Source: Balneolaceae bacterium
GTDB taxonomy: Bacteria > Bacteroidota > Rhodothermia > Balneolales > Balneolaceae
Length of the DNA stretch: 64,000 bases
Direction: 5' to 3'
Assembly (NCBI GenBank): GCA_040882525.1
Contig: JBBEBD010000056.1
Coordinates: 7,451-71,450 of the forward strand
Made by a program: the position numbers and the translations under genes. Under the pieces are notes generated by a model that did no database searches, was not told the origin of the DNA, and was given only the letters and a program-made list of their open reading frames with translations. Of the stretch, positions 20,251 through 30,051 are shown in pieces; position 1 is the first letter of the stretch; the number at the start of each line of letters is the position of its first letter.

Positions 20251-21024
20251 CTATTCAAAAGATTTTCCGCCGGTTGCAGCCCACCACACCGCACCCAAAA
20301 TATGCTGTCTGTACCATGGTTCATCATAAATACCTTCCGGATGACCAAGTCCTGTATGAAATGATCTTCCCCCTTCAAAATCTTCCTGATACCAGGCAAT
20401 CGGATGATCATCAGGCATCTTTCCACCAGGAAAGGTACTTTCATCGACTGCCAGTACTACTTCAATGTTATCAGAGACTTCCAGATAATTATACCACTCT
20501 TCAGTAACAATCCATTTAGAAGGTAAGTGAGAAGCAGAAGGATGATCCGGATTAACATTATTTACAGCTGCTGTCCAAATCCCAGGGTTGGGATGACGAT
20601 TCCATACACCGCCCACCAAATCCACATACCATGGCCATTCCATCATTGTAAAAGATGCAGAGTGTATTGCTACAAAATTTCCTCCCTGTCGCATATATTC
20701 CTGTAAAGCAATTCTTTGTTCATCATTAAGAATATCACCTGAAGTATTCATGAATACAATTACATCCATGCTGTTCAATTGCTCTTGATTATCAAAAAAA
20801 TCAGATTGTTCGGTCCATGTAAGTCCAAAGTGATGATCCTGACTTAGTTCTTTAAACATACTCACACCATTCTGAATCGATAAATGGTGAAAATCCAAAG
20901 ATTTTGTAAACAAAAGAACCTGAAATTGTTCCTGGTTACCTTCCATACGCTGAGCCTCTGATCTGGAACTAAACAGAATGAAGAAACCAATAAACAGAAG
21001 AATGATTTTTTTTAACATTTTCAT
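20251..21024 (-). CDS. secreted ThuA-like domain protein
   Basis: 257 aa with a signal peptide (..SSRSEAQ). It has a class-I-glutamine-amidotransferase-like ThuA pattern (VLLFTKSLDFHH...DVIVFMNTSGDILNDEQRIALQEYMRQGGNFVAIHSA...HPIAWYQ...GRSFHTGLGH). Confidence 0.75.
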   Translation of the reverse strand: MKMLKKIILLFIGFFILFSSRSEAQRMEGNQEQFQVLLFTKSLDFHHLSIQNGVSMFKELSQDHHFGLTWTEQSDFFDNQEQLNSMDVIVFMNTSGDILNDEQRIALQEYMRQGGNFVAIHSASFTMMEWPWYVDLVGGVWNRHPNPGIWTAAVNNVNPDHPSASHLPSKWIVTEEWYNYLEVSDNIEVVLAVDESTFPGGKMPDDHPIAWYQEDFEGGRSFHTGLGHPEGIYDEPWYRQHILGAVWWAATGGKSFE

Positions 21025-21053
21025 TTTAAATTTTATGATTCAGAAATTATTAT

Positions 21054-22238
21054 TTAGCGTAAGACCAGTTTTGCAGGAGTTAGCTGGTCCTCTGTTGAAC
21101 GGGTACCAAGTTTTCCGGATTCGCCATCTCCCCAGCAGTAACCTTCGTGGTTTGTTGTAATTCCGCATGCATGTTTACTGCCAACAGTAATATCCGTAAA
21201 GGTTAAATCACCAGAAACCGGCACAGGCTCTGTACGCATGGTTGTTGTTCCATCACCCAGCTGGCCTGATCCATTGCGACCCCAACAATAGGCTTTACCT
21301 TCTTCTGTAAGCCCACAGGTTTGAAAAACTCCGGTAGTTATGAAGGAAAATGTTATTCCTCCGTATACCTTTCTTGGAACCCGGAGATTTTCGATTACAC
21401 CCAGATCCCCGGTTGTACCTATCCCCAGCTTGCCATATCTGCCGCGTCCCCAGCATACTGCTTCGCCGTCAGGAGTAAGTGCACAAGTATGATCCAAGCC
21501 CACACTAATAGATGAGGGTTCAAATGTAAAGCCCCCTGCAACCGCTCCCGGAACCTTTTTACCACCTCTGTTTTCTTCTCCCTGCCCTAATAAATTACCA
21601 AAATCTCCCGATCCCCAGCAGTAAGCATTTCCATCTGTGTCAATCCCGCAACTTGTAGCTGAAGCCGCGTTTATGGAACTCCATTTGAGATCACCGGCCA
21701 CCTTTACCGGCACCAAAGAACTTTCAGTTAAATCATTTCCAAGTTTTCCATCTGCACCACGTCCCCAACAGTAAGCATCAGCTTCTGTGGTTATTCCACA
21801 CGTATGGTTTAAACCCGGATTCACAGAAACGAACGATAAATCACCTGTAACTGCAACCGGCTCAGGCTGGTTTTCTGCAGATCCACTACCTAACCGGCCA
21901 TATCTGCCCCGCCCCCAGCAATAGGCTTCACCATCTGTAGTAACACCACACGTATGATCCCAGCCCACATTGATCGAATCAAATCTTAAATTGCCAGAAA
22001 CGGCTACAGGACCTGAACTGTTCACAGTTGACCCGTTACCTAACTGGCCTGCAGAACCTTCACCCCAGCAAAAGGCCTCACCGTTTGCGGTTAAACCACA
22101 AGTATGATTCTCTCCGGCACTAATTGAAACGAAGTTATTACTATTATTCTGCAAAGCTTCCGAATTGATAGGTGCACAAGCAATAAAAATCAACACTATT
22201 AATGCTGAAGATGAAAATAATTTATTCATGTAATTCAT
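21054..22238 (-). CDS. secreted RCC1-repeat (7-bladed beta-propeller) protein
   Basis: 394 aa with a signal peptide. A unit of about 50 aa repeats seven times: HTCG(L/V/I)T..G.A(F/Y)CWG.G..G(Q/K/R)LG. Confidence 0.85.
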   Translation of the reverse strand: MNYMNKLFSSSALIVLIFIACAPINSEALQNNSNNFVSISAGENHTCGLTANGEAFCWGEGSAGQLGNGSTVNSSGPVAVSGNLRFDSINVGWDHTCGVTTDGEAYCWGRGRYGRLGSGSAENQPEPVAVTGDLSFVSVNPGLNHTCGITTEADAYCWGRGADGKLGNDLTESSLVPVKVAGDLKWSSINAASATSCGIDTDGNAYCWGSGDFGNLLGQGEENRGGKKVPGAVAGGFTFEPSSISVGLDHTCALTPDGEAVCWGRGRYGKLGIGTTGDLGVIENLRVPRKVYGGITFSFITTGVFQTCGLTEEGKAYCWGRNGSGQLGDGTTTMRTEPVPVSGDLTFTDITVGSKHACGITTNHEGYCWGDGESGKLGTRSTEDQLTPAKLVLR

Positions 22239-22302
22239 ATTTAATCTTATTTATAAATTTTTTTAGAAATATGTAGAAAACATATATTGATTCATTATAG
22301 AC

Positions 22303-23268
22303 TCAAATATTTTCATTTATACCAGAGTACTCTTCAAAAGCAGTCATTACTTCATCATGATTAAATTCACCTGTAAAAATTACTAATCTGTACCGAATAA
22401 CTTCAGTGTCACCATTGGCTATTTCCCAATCTCCAAAGCGAGCTGTTGCAGGATTAATACCTAATTGATTATCAACACGCCAGGCATTCGGGTGACCTCT
22501 GTTCTCCGGATGGTCAAAAATTGCGATATTACCATCGTCATCACGTCCTTCTATATCCATACCCAAACTTACCCATTTAGCTCTTTCGCCTTCTGCTTCA
22601 CCATTCCTTTGTCCCTCCGAATTAATTGCTTCAGCATGAATATCATCCCGCCAGGGCATTCGTAAGAAGAGTCCGCCATATTCCCATCTGTTAATTGTAA
22701 TATCTCTTTTTGCTTCACCACTCCATTCCAAATCAAGAAGATATTTTCCGTTATCTCTTTGTAATGACCAAATCTGTGTTTCAGTCATCATTACCTCTCC
22801 ATAAATATCAAGCATATCATAAACGGTTTTCCACCTGACTACTCCATCCTCACTTCCTTCATTAATAACCTCTGCAGAAACTTTACTCCAGAATTGATCC
22901 CCCCTCCAGGGGCCGCCTCCTGTTGGATTGTGATAAAAATCACGGCCATTAACCTGGGGAAATCCAAAAAACAGTGCGGTTTGATGAGGATGGTGCGAAG
23001 GCCTGAATTCAGTAAATTCACCTCTCCCATCGGGTGCTATTATTGGATGAATATAGGGTCTGAAATATTCCCCGGCATGTTGTGATAGTATTACATGATC
23101 GATCCCGACAGGAGATATATTTATGACTCCCTCTTCTTCATTATGCTCGATTTCAAATCCGTTTGAATTTAAATATTCCTCCTGTGGCACCAGAGAGTTT
23201 TGTGTGCCACAGCCATGCATGTATCCTAATGTTACTATAAGTATTCCGATGGAAGCTAACTTTTTCAT
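22303..23268 (-). CDS. PmoA-like / DUF6807 family lipoprotein
   Basis: 321 aa with a lipoprotein signal (...LGYMHGC). The core YFRPYIHPIIAPDG...FRPSHHPHQTALFFGFPQVNGRDFYH matches my recollection of the DUF6807 (formerly PmoA-like) family. Confidence 0.7.
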   Translation of the reverse strand: MKKLASIGILIVTLGYMHGCGTQNSLVPQEEYLNSNGFEIEHNEEEGVINISPVGIDHVILSQHAGEYFRPYIHPIIAPDGRGEFTEFRPSHHPHQTALFFGFPQVNGRDFYHNPTGGGPWRGDQFWSKVSAEVINEGSEDGVVRWKTVYDMLDIYGEVMMTETQIWSLQRDNGKYLLDLEWSGEAKRDITINRWEYGGLFLRMPWRDDIHAEAINSEGQRNGEAEGERAKWVSLGMDIEGRDDDGNIAIFDHPENRGHPNAWRVDNQLGINPATARFGDWEIANGDTEVIRYRLVIFTGEFNHDEVMTAFEEYSGINENI

Positions 23269-23319
23269 ACTATTTTTTAAGCTGTTTTTTTGACGTGAAA
23301 AGAATAGAATTCTTAGAAA

Positions 23320-24717
23320 TCAATCCGGCCATAACCTTATCAATATATTTCTAAAATCGGTGCGGCTTTCAGGACTGCTAGAATGCAATGCAATTGTTCC
23401 CCTGTTTAAAGTATGTTCTAAAGCCGAAATATCAGAAAGTAGAGAACTATTCACCAAGGGTTCCAACTCTCCATTTTTCATTTTTACATAAAAAGTTGAC
23501 CAATCCTGCTGACCTTGTAAATCATTCCCAATGCCTACTAATTGAGCAAATTGCCCATATTTGGGAGTTCCTTTATCCTGAAATCTGGTATGGAAAAGGA
23601 TACCTGAAGATGAGTTATTATTTGGATAAATATCCGCTTTAAGCTCAAAGTTAATAAAATCACCCCCTGCAATCGGCCCGTCATAGAACAAATTACTGTG
23701 GGGTCCGCTAGCCACTATATTATTATCTTGAACCGCAAATGATTCTGTTCCATTATTATCAGCAGGTGGCCAATTGGCACGCCTTGCCTGACTCCAATCC
23801 GTAGTTTCACTTGCCCGCCAGCCATTAAGGGTTTCCCCATCAAATAGTGAAATCCAACCAAGGCCACGTTCACCCTCATAACCCGGTGCCGGTGATCCAT
23901 CATCCTGTAATTTACCGGCTGCCCAAAGTACTCCCGAAGCGATGAGATTCAGATTAACATCATGACCCATAGTTTCATCATGGTGGCCCAATGTACTGCT
24001 GAAAACCGGAACTCCTTTATAGTTGTAAGTCCATGCTACAGGATGGTACGTTGTTGTTTCTACACCGTAACCATAAGCCAGTGGATGTGCACCTTCTTTT
24101 AACTCCACAATCATATACAGTTCACCGTTTGGCATTCTCCACGAACTTGGAAAATTTACCATAATTGGATGGGTTGGCTCCAGTACTTCAACTGTAAATG
24201 GTCGACGATCTTCATGTACGTAAGAAACAGCTCCTGTAAAATCAAACCACTCCGATGTTACATATTGATAAACATGCATGGGGCAATGGATCATCACGGC
24301 AGGAACTTGATATTCAACGTGAGCTGCTATAATTCTCTCAACATGGGCCCTATCCGCAATGGCATCATCACCATCGTAAAAATTACATTGATTGTAAATG
24401 ACCAAATCGAATTCTCTGGCCCAGTCAGTGTTAGCATGACGAGTAAAGGCGAAATTTCTTTCTTGTCCACCTTCATGGTCAATGGTCAGTTCAAAATTTG
24501 AAAGTCGTTCCTTAAGGCCATCTTCAATTTGTTTTTTTTGAACCTCGTAATTATGCCACGGACCACCTCCGGTGATCATCAGAATTTTTAAAGGGTCAAC
24601 CTTTTGATAAGCAGTTTCTTCTGAATTTTGTAACGGCTCAGAAAGTGCCGGTGTACAGGTAAGAAAAACCAACAACATCAAAACAGATCCTGATATCCAG
24701 CTGATAAAAATTTTCAT
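23320..24717 (-). CDS. secreted ThuA-like domain fused to DUF1080 domain (paralogue of 5623..7122)
   Basis: 465 aa. Long blocks are nearly identical to the other fusion: ILMITGGGPWHNYEVQKKQIEDGLKERLSN, MIHCPMHVYQY, VFSSTLGHHDETMGHDVNLNLIASGVLWAAGKLQDDGSPAPGYEGERGLGW. The C-terminal DUF1080-like part includes SSGILFHTRF and GTIALHSS. Confidence 0.8.
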   Translation of the reverse strand: MKIFISWISGSVLMLLVFLTCTPALSEPLQNSEETAYQKVDPLKILMITGGGPWHNYEVQKKQIEDGLKERLSNFELTIDHEGGQERNFAFTRHANTDWAREFDLVIYNQCNFYDGDDAIADRAHVERIIAAHVEYQVPAVMIHCPMHVYQYVTSEWFDFTGAVSYVHEDRRPFTVEVLEPTHPIMVNFPSSWRMPNGELYMIVELKEGAHPLAYGYGVETTTYHPVAWTYNYKGVPVFSSTLGHHDETMGHDVNLNLIASGVLWAAGKLQDDGSPAPGYEGERGLGWISLFDGETLNGWRASETTDWSQARRANWPPADNNGTESFAVQDNNIVASGPHSNLFYDGPIAGGDFINFELKADIYPNNNSSSGILFHTRFQDKGTPKYGQFAQLVGIGNDLQGQQDWSTFYVKMKNGELEPLVNSSLLSDISALEHTLNRGTIALHSSSPESRTDFRNILIRLWPD

Positions 24718-24830
24718 AGATGTGAATCTAAATTAGAATTGATAACTACATAAATTTAAGCTCCCTGTGGACTTAGGTATCAAATAACAAGCTTAAACTT
24801 GTCCGATCTTCCAGAAAGGATTCAATGATA

Positions 24831-24858
24831 GAAGCCCCTCTTTTATAAGAGGGGCTTC
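24831..24858 (-). terminator. perfect 12-bp GC-rich stem-loop between susD-like and ThuA-DUF1080 genes (attenuating terminator or RNA-stabilising hairpin)
   Basis: GAAGCCCCTCTT-TTAT-AAGAGGGGCTTC, located 26 nt downstream of the SusD-like stop. There is no clean U-tract on the minus strand, so this may be a processing or stability element rather than a full terminator. Confidence 0.4.
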
Positions 24859-24883
24859 TGGGGTTCTTTAGCAGAATTAACTA

Positions 24884-26548
24884 TTAATTATATCCCGGAT
24901 TCTGTGGAAAATCAGTAGAGGTTCGGTCAATTTGATCCTGCGGAATGGGTCGCAGTATATGAAAGTCCCGGATGTTTTCGACGCGGTTTTGGCCGGGTGA
25001 GTATTGCAGAACCCTATCAATCAATGTTCCGGTACGAGCTAAATCATGCCATCTGTGCATCTCAGCATTTAACTCTCTGCCTCTTTCATCAAGAATAAAA
25101 TCCAGGTCGATCTGATCGGGAGTAATTTCCATTTCTGATGGATCCACACCCGGTGCAGCAGCCCTGCGTCTTACTATATTAATGTGCTCAGCTGCTTCAG
25201 CAAGATCACCCCCCGACATGAAGATTGCTTCGGCTGCTATAAGATGTGTTTCTGCAAGTCTTGCTACATTCCAGTCGCGTTGGCTGTAGGAATCAAAGGG
25301 GTCTGGCCGGGTAGGATCCGGATGCTTGAGCTGCTCTCTCGGGTATAATCTTCCTGTCCATAAACCATCCTGATCAACGCCGGGGTTCAACACACTATAT
25401 CCCGCGTCGGCAATTTGCACGTCAGTCCATGGCTCAAGAGGAAAATATAGTGCCGTATCTCCTTCCTGAAAATTCACCTCATACCCGTTAAGAGTTGTAG
25501 CTTCACCGGGATCGTTCACGTAAAACGTTCTTTGGAACATGGCTTCCGCCCGGCCGTCTACTTCACGGTCATAAAGATCAAAGAACATCCACTGAGTAGG
25601 CCGGAAACGGGACCATGCTCTCCCTAACTCAGTTGTTCGAACAATAGCAGGTGCCGTTTCATATCGGGGTAAAAACCAGTTATTCATCCTGTTACCCCCA
25701 AAACTTCGGGTTTGAGGATTGGAACTGTTTTGAATTGACCACACGATCTCATCATTTCTCTGGTTACTAATGTCAAACAGCTCTTCCCATGAACCCATTA
25801 ACTGGAAATGGTAGTTTTCGATAACGTTTTTTGCGTAGTCAGCTGCCAGTTCATAGTCATCCGGTTGAGCCGCTTCATCATGTCCTGCCCGTGTCAGGTG
25901 AACAATGGCAAGCATATGTTCAGTGGCAGGTTTAGTTGCCCGGCCGTAATCGGATTGAACATCCGGGAGAGTATTTAAAGCAAACGTCAGGTCGTTTATA
26001 ATCACATCATAAACATCAGAAACCGATGCCCGGGTTGCTTCTGTTTGAAGGCCTGTTGTCTCTTCAAGTGTAATATGCACACCACCATATTGCCGAACGA
26101 GAAAGAAGTAATTAACAGCCCGCACAAATCTTGCTTCCGCAAGTCTTACTTCGTCTACCTCTACCTCCTCCGCTCTTGAAATGACGGCATTACAGGTATT
26201 AATACCTTCGTAGACCCAGTTCCATACATTCGTTATATCAGACTGCCTTGGATTCAGGTTGAGATCATAGGCTCCAAGGGCACCAAAATCCCCCCCGAAA
26301 CCATACTCCCATAGATCTGTACCATAGGTTGTCATAAATGCAGCCGGTTGTTCGGCTCCATAAATACGTCGCAAATGCGAGTAACAGGCAGTCACTCCAT
26401 CTTCAAACCCTTCTTCAGTACTTAAGTAAGATCCAGGGGCTTCATCTACTAATTCCTGCGAGAGAAAATCATCACACGAAGCAATAAACAGGGCCCCAAA
26501 ACTGAAGGTAAAACTCAACAATAGAAGTTTTTTTATTCTGTTATTCAT
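24884..26548 (-). CDS. SusD/RagB-family outer-membrane lipoprotein
   Basis: It lies immediately downstream of the SusC-like gene. The ATG at 26548 gives a canonical lipoprotein signal (MNNRIKKLLLLSFTFSFGALFIASCDD). SusD-like helical motifs are present (LAEARFVRAVNYFFLVRQYGGV...). The track start at 26587 is only 5 nt after the SusC stop and adds an atypical 13-aa extension. Confidence 0.85.
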   Translation of the reverse strand: MNNRIKKLLLLSFTFSFGALFIASCDDFLSQELVDEAPGSYLSTEEGFEDGVTACYSHLRRIYGAEQPAAFMTTYGTDLWEYGFGGDFGALGAYDLNLNPRQSDITNVWNWVYEGINTCNAVISRAEEVEVDEVRLAEARFVRAVNYFFLVRQYGGVHITLEETTGLQTEATRASVSDVYDVIINDLTFALNTLPDVQSDYGRATKPATEHMLAIVHLTRAGHDEAAQPDDYELAADYAKNVIENYHFQLMGSWEELFDISNQRNDEIVWSIQNSSNPQTRSFGGNRMNNWFLPRYETAPAIVRTTELGRAWSRFRPTQWMFFDLYDREVDGRAEAMFQRTFYVNDPGEATTLNGYEVNFQEGDTALYFPLEPWTDVQIADAGYSVLNPGVDQDGLWTGRLYPREQLKHPDPTRPDPFDSYSQRDWNVARLAETHLIAAEAIFMSGGDLAEAAEHINIVRRRAAAPGVDPSEMEITPDQIDLDFILDERGRELNAEMHRWHDLARTGTLIDRVLQYSPGQNRVENIRDFHILRPIPQDQIDRTSTDFPQNPGYN

Positions 26549-26592
26549 GATTAATATCGTTTTTAAATTCAAATTTTGATGGCTCATTTTTA

Positions 26593-29500
26593 TTAGAAGC
26601 TAATATTCCAACCGCCCATAATAGTTGTCGCTTGCGGTATTGGGTCCATTGATGTTTCGGGGTCTGTTCCATGATATTTTTGGACATATTCCGAAAATAC
26701 AAAGGGGTTGGTCGCATTCACGAATAACCTCAACGATCTTACACCCAGTCGTTCTGTAATTTCCGTTCCAAAATTGTAACCGAAATTAATTGCCCGGATT
26801 TTTATGAATGAACCGTCAAAATATCGAAGAGTGGTATAGTAATATGGTTGTTGCAATCCGCCATGTGGACGAGGAAACTCAGCGTCTGGGTTATCTTCTG
26901 TCCAGTAATCCGTAACCAGATGATTTCCACGGCCTGAATGAAAAATGCCACCTCCATGAAATGCACTTTGAATGGTATGGCCAAATCTTGCATTTGCCAC
27001 AATAGACAGATCAAATCCTCTGTATGCAAATCGGTTTGTCATACCGGTAATAATACTTGGAACGTCTGTCCCCACAATTACCCTGTCTTCAGGATCCGGA
27101 CTGGCCACCCGAACACCGCCCACCATGGAATTATTAGCTGCGGCTTCTTCTTCCTGACCTACCTGCCAAATTCCAACTTTCTCAAAATCGTAGAATACGT
27201 TTGCAGGCTGCCCGATAAATCTTCTATTTCCTATGTCATCTACTTTACCCTGAGCAAGTTCAACAATCTTTTCTTTGTTTGTGAAAATATTAAAGTCTGT
27301 TGTCCAGCTAATACCTCCTGGTGAATCCGGAGCAATTGTATGGGCTGATACAGAAAATTCAAAACCCTGGTTGGTTTTTACACCCACATTCGTCATGATA
27401 GATCCGTATCCAGAGGTCCATGGAATTTGCCTCAGCAGAAGTAAATCTGAAGTTCTTGAGTGATAAAGTTCCAGAGAACCAGTTACTCTTCCCGAAAGTA
27501 TTTCATAATCAACACCAGCATTAAAGGTCGAAGTAGTTTCCCACGACAAGTCTTCGTTTGGCATTCTTACAGGCCTGAAACCAAAAGCATCTGTGTCTCC
27601 GCTATTCCAGTTATATCCTACACGGTTTAAAACGCTTTCTGTCTGAAATGGGGCAATACCTTCATTACCGGTCTCACCATAACTAACTCTAAGGCTCAGG
27701 TTTGAGAAGATCTCCTGATCACTTAAGAATTCTTCATTTGTTAGATTCCAGGAGACTGCCGCCGAAGGGAAAAATCCCCATCGGTTTCCTTCTGCGAATT
27801 TTGATGATCCATCTGCCCTGGCATTTACAGTTAACAGGTAACGGCCATCATAGTTATAGTTTACCCGGCCCATATAAGACATCAGGGTTCTGTCTCTTAA
27901 ACCGCTGTCCATACCGGTCATCCGTGAGGCCGACCCCAAATTATTCATTTGAAATAATTCAATGGGTATCCCTTCGGCTGCAGCATATGAAAACTCATTT
28001 CTGTTGGCCTGTATACTGAAAAGACCCGTAAAATCAATAGCATGCTCAGCAATATCCGTTTGATAATTTAGAATGTTTTCCCATGTCAAACCATAATTTA
28101 TAGATCTTCTCTGATTTCCTCTTGGATCCCCTTCAACTGCTGCAGTTGTAAACCGTCCTCTGAAATTTCCAAGACGATCAACCCGTATATCGGGTCCAAA
28201 AATAGATCTTATACTAAGATTCTCCTTTAGGTCAAATTCAGCATATACAGATCCTAATAAACGGCTGATTTGCCGATTTTCAACATACTTTCCATCAACC
28301 ATATCCGCCAATGGATTGATAGCATCGGGCTCCTGGCTGGTACGCAATTTCAGATTTCCTTCATCATCGTATGGGCTTGCCAGCGGCGGTTCATTGTATG
28401 CACCGTTGGGTATTCCATTCTGCATATTTCCATATGGATTGTAGCTTTCACCATTACGGTCTGTTAAAGAATTCAGCAACCCCATTCCAATCCGGAATCT
28501 GTCAGAAATATTTTGATCCAGATTCAACCGAATTGAAAATCGTTGAAAATCCTGCATCGGCGTGATGGCTTCATCTTCTTTATAACCAAGAGCCACATTA
28601 AACCTGGTATCTTCTGACCCTCCGGAAACAGAAACATTATGCTCCTGTACCATGCCGTCACGAACAATCATATCAAGCCAGTCGTATTCAACGCCATTTT
28701 CCAAATTTCTTGTGAATTGTTCTTCAAAAATATTTGATTCAGAAAATATTCCATTAGCATTGAAAGCTTCTTGCTTATAGGCATAATATCCTTCGGCATC
28801 ATAAAGCTTAGGCAGGTTTCTGGCTGTGTTTATTCCAAGCTGGCTGTCCACATTTATAACTACATCTCCCGGTGCACCCCGTTTTGTTTGGATAATAATA
28901 ACCCCGTTTGCACCTCTTGAACCATAAATTGCGGTTGCAGAAGCATCCTTAAGCACCGTCATCGATTCTATATCTTTCGGGTTAATTTCGTTTAACCCCC
29001 CTTCAATAGGAATCCCGTCAATTACAAACAACGGATCATTTCCGGCTTCAAAGGATCTCCGGCCACGAATTCTTATAGACACACCGTCACCAGGCCTGTT
29101 TCCTGAAGGTGTAACATCCACACCCGAAGCTCTACCCATTAGTGCTTGCCCTGCATCGGAGATATTGGGATTTTCCCGCATCGTTCTTGGTGATACTGTA
29201 GATACAGCACCTGTAATATCCCCTCTTCTCTGTACACCGTAACCAACAACAACCACATCATCAAATTGCTGCACATCCTGTTGCAAATTGATATTGATTT
29301 CAGATCGTCCATTTATAGAAATTGTCATAGGCTCATAACCAATGAATGAAAAAACAAGTGTCTCATTCAACGAAGGAACTGATAATTCAAATTGGCCATC
29401 AAGATTAGTGGTAGTGCCTTGACTGGTACCCTGAATTACAATATTCACACCAGGCAATGGTTCCCCAGATTGAGCATCGACAACAGTTCCACTGACGGTT

Positions 29501-29928
29501 TCCTGAACAGCTATTTCTTCGACAATTTCTTCAGCCTGATTAATGAGAAGGTATCCATCTGAAGAGACTAAATAAGTAAGGTCGGTACCATCCAAAATAA
29601 AGTCCAGAGCTTCACTTACACTAATATTGTTATCTTTAAGAGTCACTTTCTTCTCAAAGACTTTATCCCATCTGTATGTAAGTTTCAACCCTGTTTGATT
29701 TGCTACTTCTCTTAATGCTTCTTCTACAGCATAATCAGTTATATCCAGTTTAATTTCATGAACTATATTGGTTCGATAAAATTTTTCCTGCAATTCAGAA
29801 CTCGTCATCCTGTATGCAACCTGATCCTGAACCGCCTGAAGCTTTTCCGGAGGAAAAATAAAGAGAGCAATTAATAAGAACATTGCCCCCGTTATTAGTG
29901 TTTTCTGTAGCCATATTTTAATTTTCAT
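26593..29928 (-). CDS. SusC/RagA-family TonB-dependent transporter with N-terminal STN signalling domain
   Basis: 1111 aa. After the signal peptide comes an STN-like domain (ALREVANQTGLKLTYRWDKV...ALDFILDGTDLTYLVSSDGYLLI). Next is a carboxypeptidase-regulatory-like domain (VSGTVVDAQSGEPLPGVNIVIQGTSQGTTTNLDGQFEL). Then a plug (VVVVGYGVQRRGDITGAVSTV...IRIRGRRS...DPLFVIDGIP) and a barrel ending GGWNISF. Confidence 0.9.
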   Translation of the reverse strand: MKIKIWLQKTLITGAMFLLIALFIFPPEKLQAVQDQVAYRMTSSELQEKFYRTNIVHEIKLDITDYAVEEALREVANQTGLKLTYRWDKVFEKKVTLKDNNISVSEALDFILDGTDLTYLVSSDGYLLINQAEEIVEEIAVQETVSGTVVDAQSGEPLPGVNIVIQGTSQGTTTNLDGQFELSVPSLNETLVFSFIGYEPMTISINGRSEININLQQDVQQFDDVVVVGYGVQRRGDITGAVSTVSPRTMRENPNISDAGQALMGRASGVDVTPSGNRPGDGVSIRIRGRRSFEAGNDPLFVIDGIPIEGGLNEINPKDIESMTVLKDASATAIYGSRGANGVIIIQTKRGAPGDVVINVDSQLGINTARNLPKLYDAEGYYAYKQEAFNANGIFSESNIFEEQFTRNLENGVEYDWLDMIVRDGMVQEHNVSVSGGSEDTRFNVALGYKEDEAITPMQDFQRFSIRLNLDQNISDRFRIGMGLLNSLTDRNGESYNPYGNMQNGIPNGAYNEPPLASPYDDEGNLKLRTSQEPDAINPLADMVDGKYVENRQISRLLGSVYAEFDLKENLSIRSIFGPDIRVDRLGNFRGRFTTAAVEGDPRGNQRRSINYGLTWENILNYQTDIAEHAIDFTGLFSIQANRNEFSYAAAEGIPIELFQMNNLGSASRMTGMDSGLRDRTLMSYMGRVNYNYDGRYLLTVNARADGSSKFAEGNRWGFFPSAAVSWNLTNEEFLSDQEIFSNLSLRVSYGETGNEGIAPFQTESVLNRVGYNWNSGDTDAFGFRPVRMPNEDLSWETTSTFNAGVDYEILSGRVTGSLELYHSRTSDLLLLRQIPWTSGYGSIMTNVGVKTNQGFEFSVSAHTIAPDSPGGISWTTDFNIFTNKEKIVELAQGKVDDIGNRRFIGQPANVFYDFEKVGIWQVGQEEEAAANNSMVGGVRVASPDPEDRVIVGTDVPSIITGMTNRFAYRGFDLSIVANARFGHTIQSAFHGGGIFHSGRGNHLVTDYWTEDNPDAEFPRPHGGLQQPYYYTTLRYFDGSFIKIRAINFGYNFGTEITERLGVRSLRLFVNATNPFVFSEYVQKYHGTDPETSMDPIPQATTIMGGWNISF

Positions 29929-30051
29929 ATTACACCTGCTTGTTTTGATTTACCGATGGTTTAGAGAGCCACACCATCATTCTTCTTATTAGTCAAAGTT
30001 ATTGTTTATAATTTCCGAAGCGCTTCCAGCTTTTTGTTTTATAAAATCGGT

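Noticed and set aside
19672-20329. Track ORFs 19672..19914, 20017..20244 and 20075..20329 as genes filling the 651-bp gap
   Set aside because: They have no recognisable motifs, they overlap one another, and the last runs into the ThuA gene on the opposite strand. The region is reported as an unexplained gap instead.
26549-26587. Longer SusD-like start at 26587
   Set aside because: It adds 13 residues ahead of a canonical lipoprotein signal and begins only 5 nt after the SusC stop. I cannot exclude it, but the ATG at 26548 is more typical.
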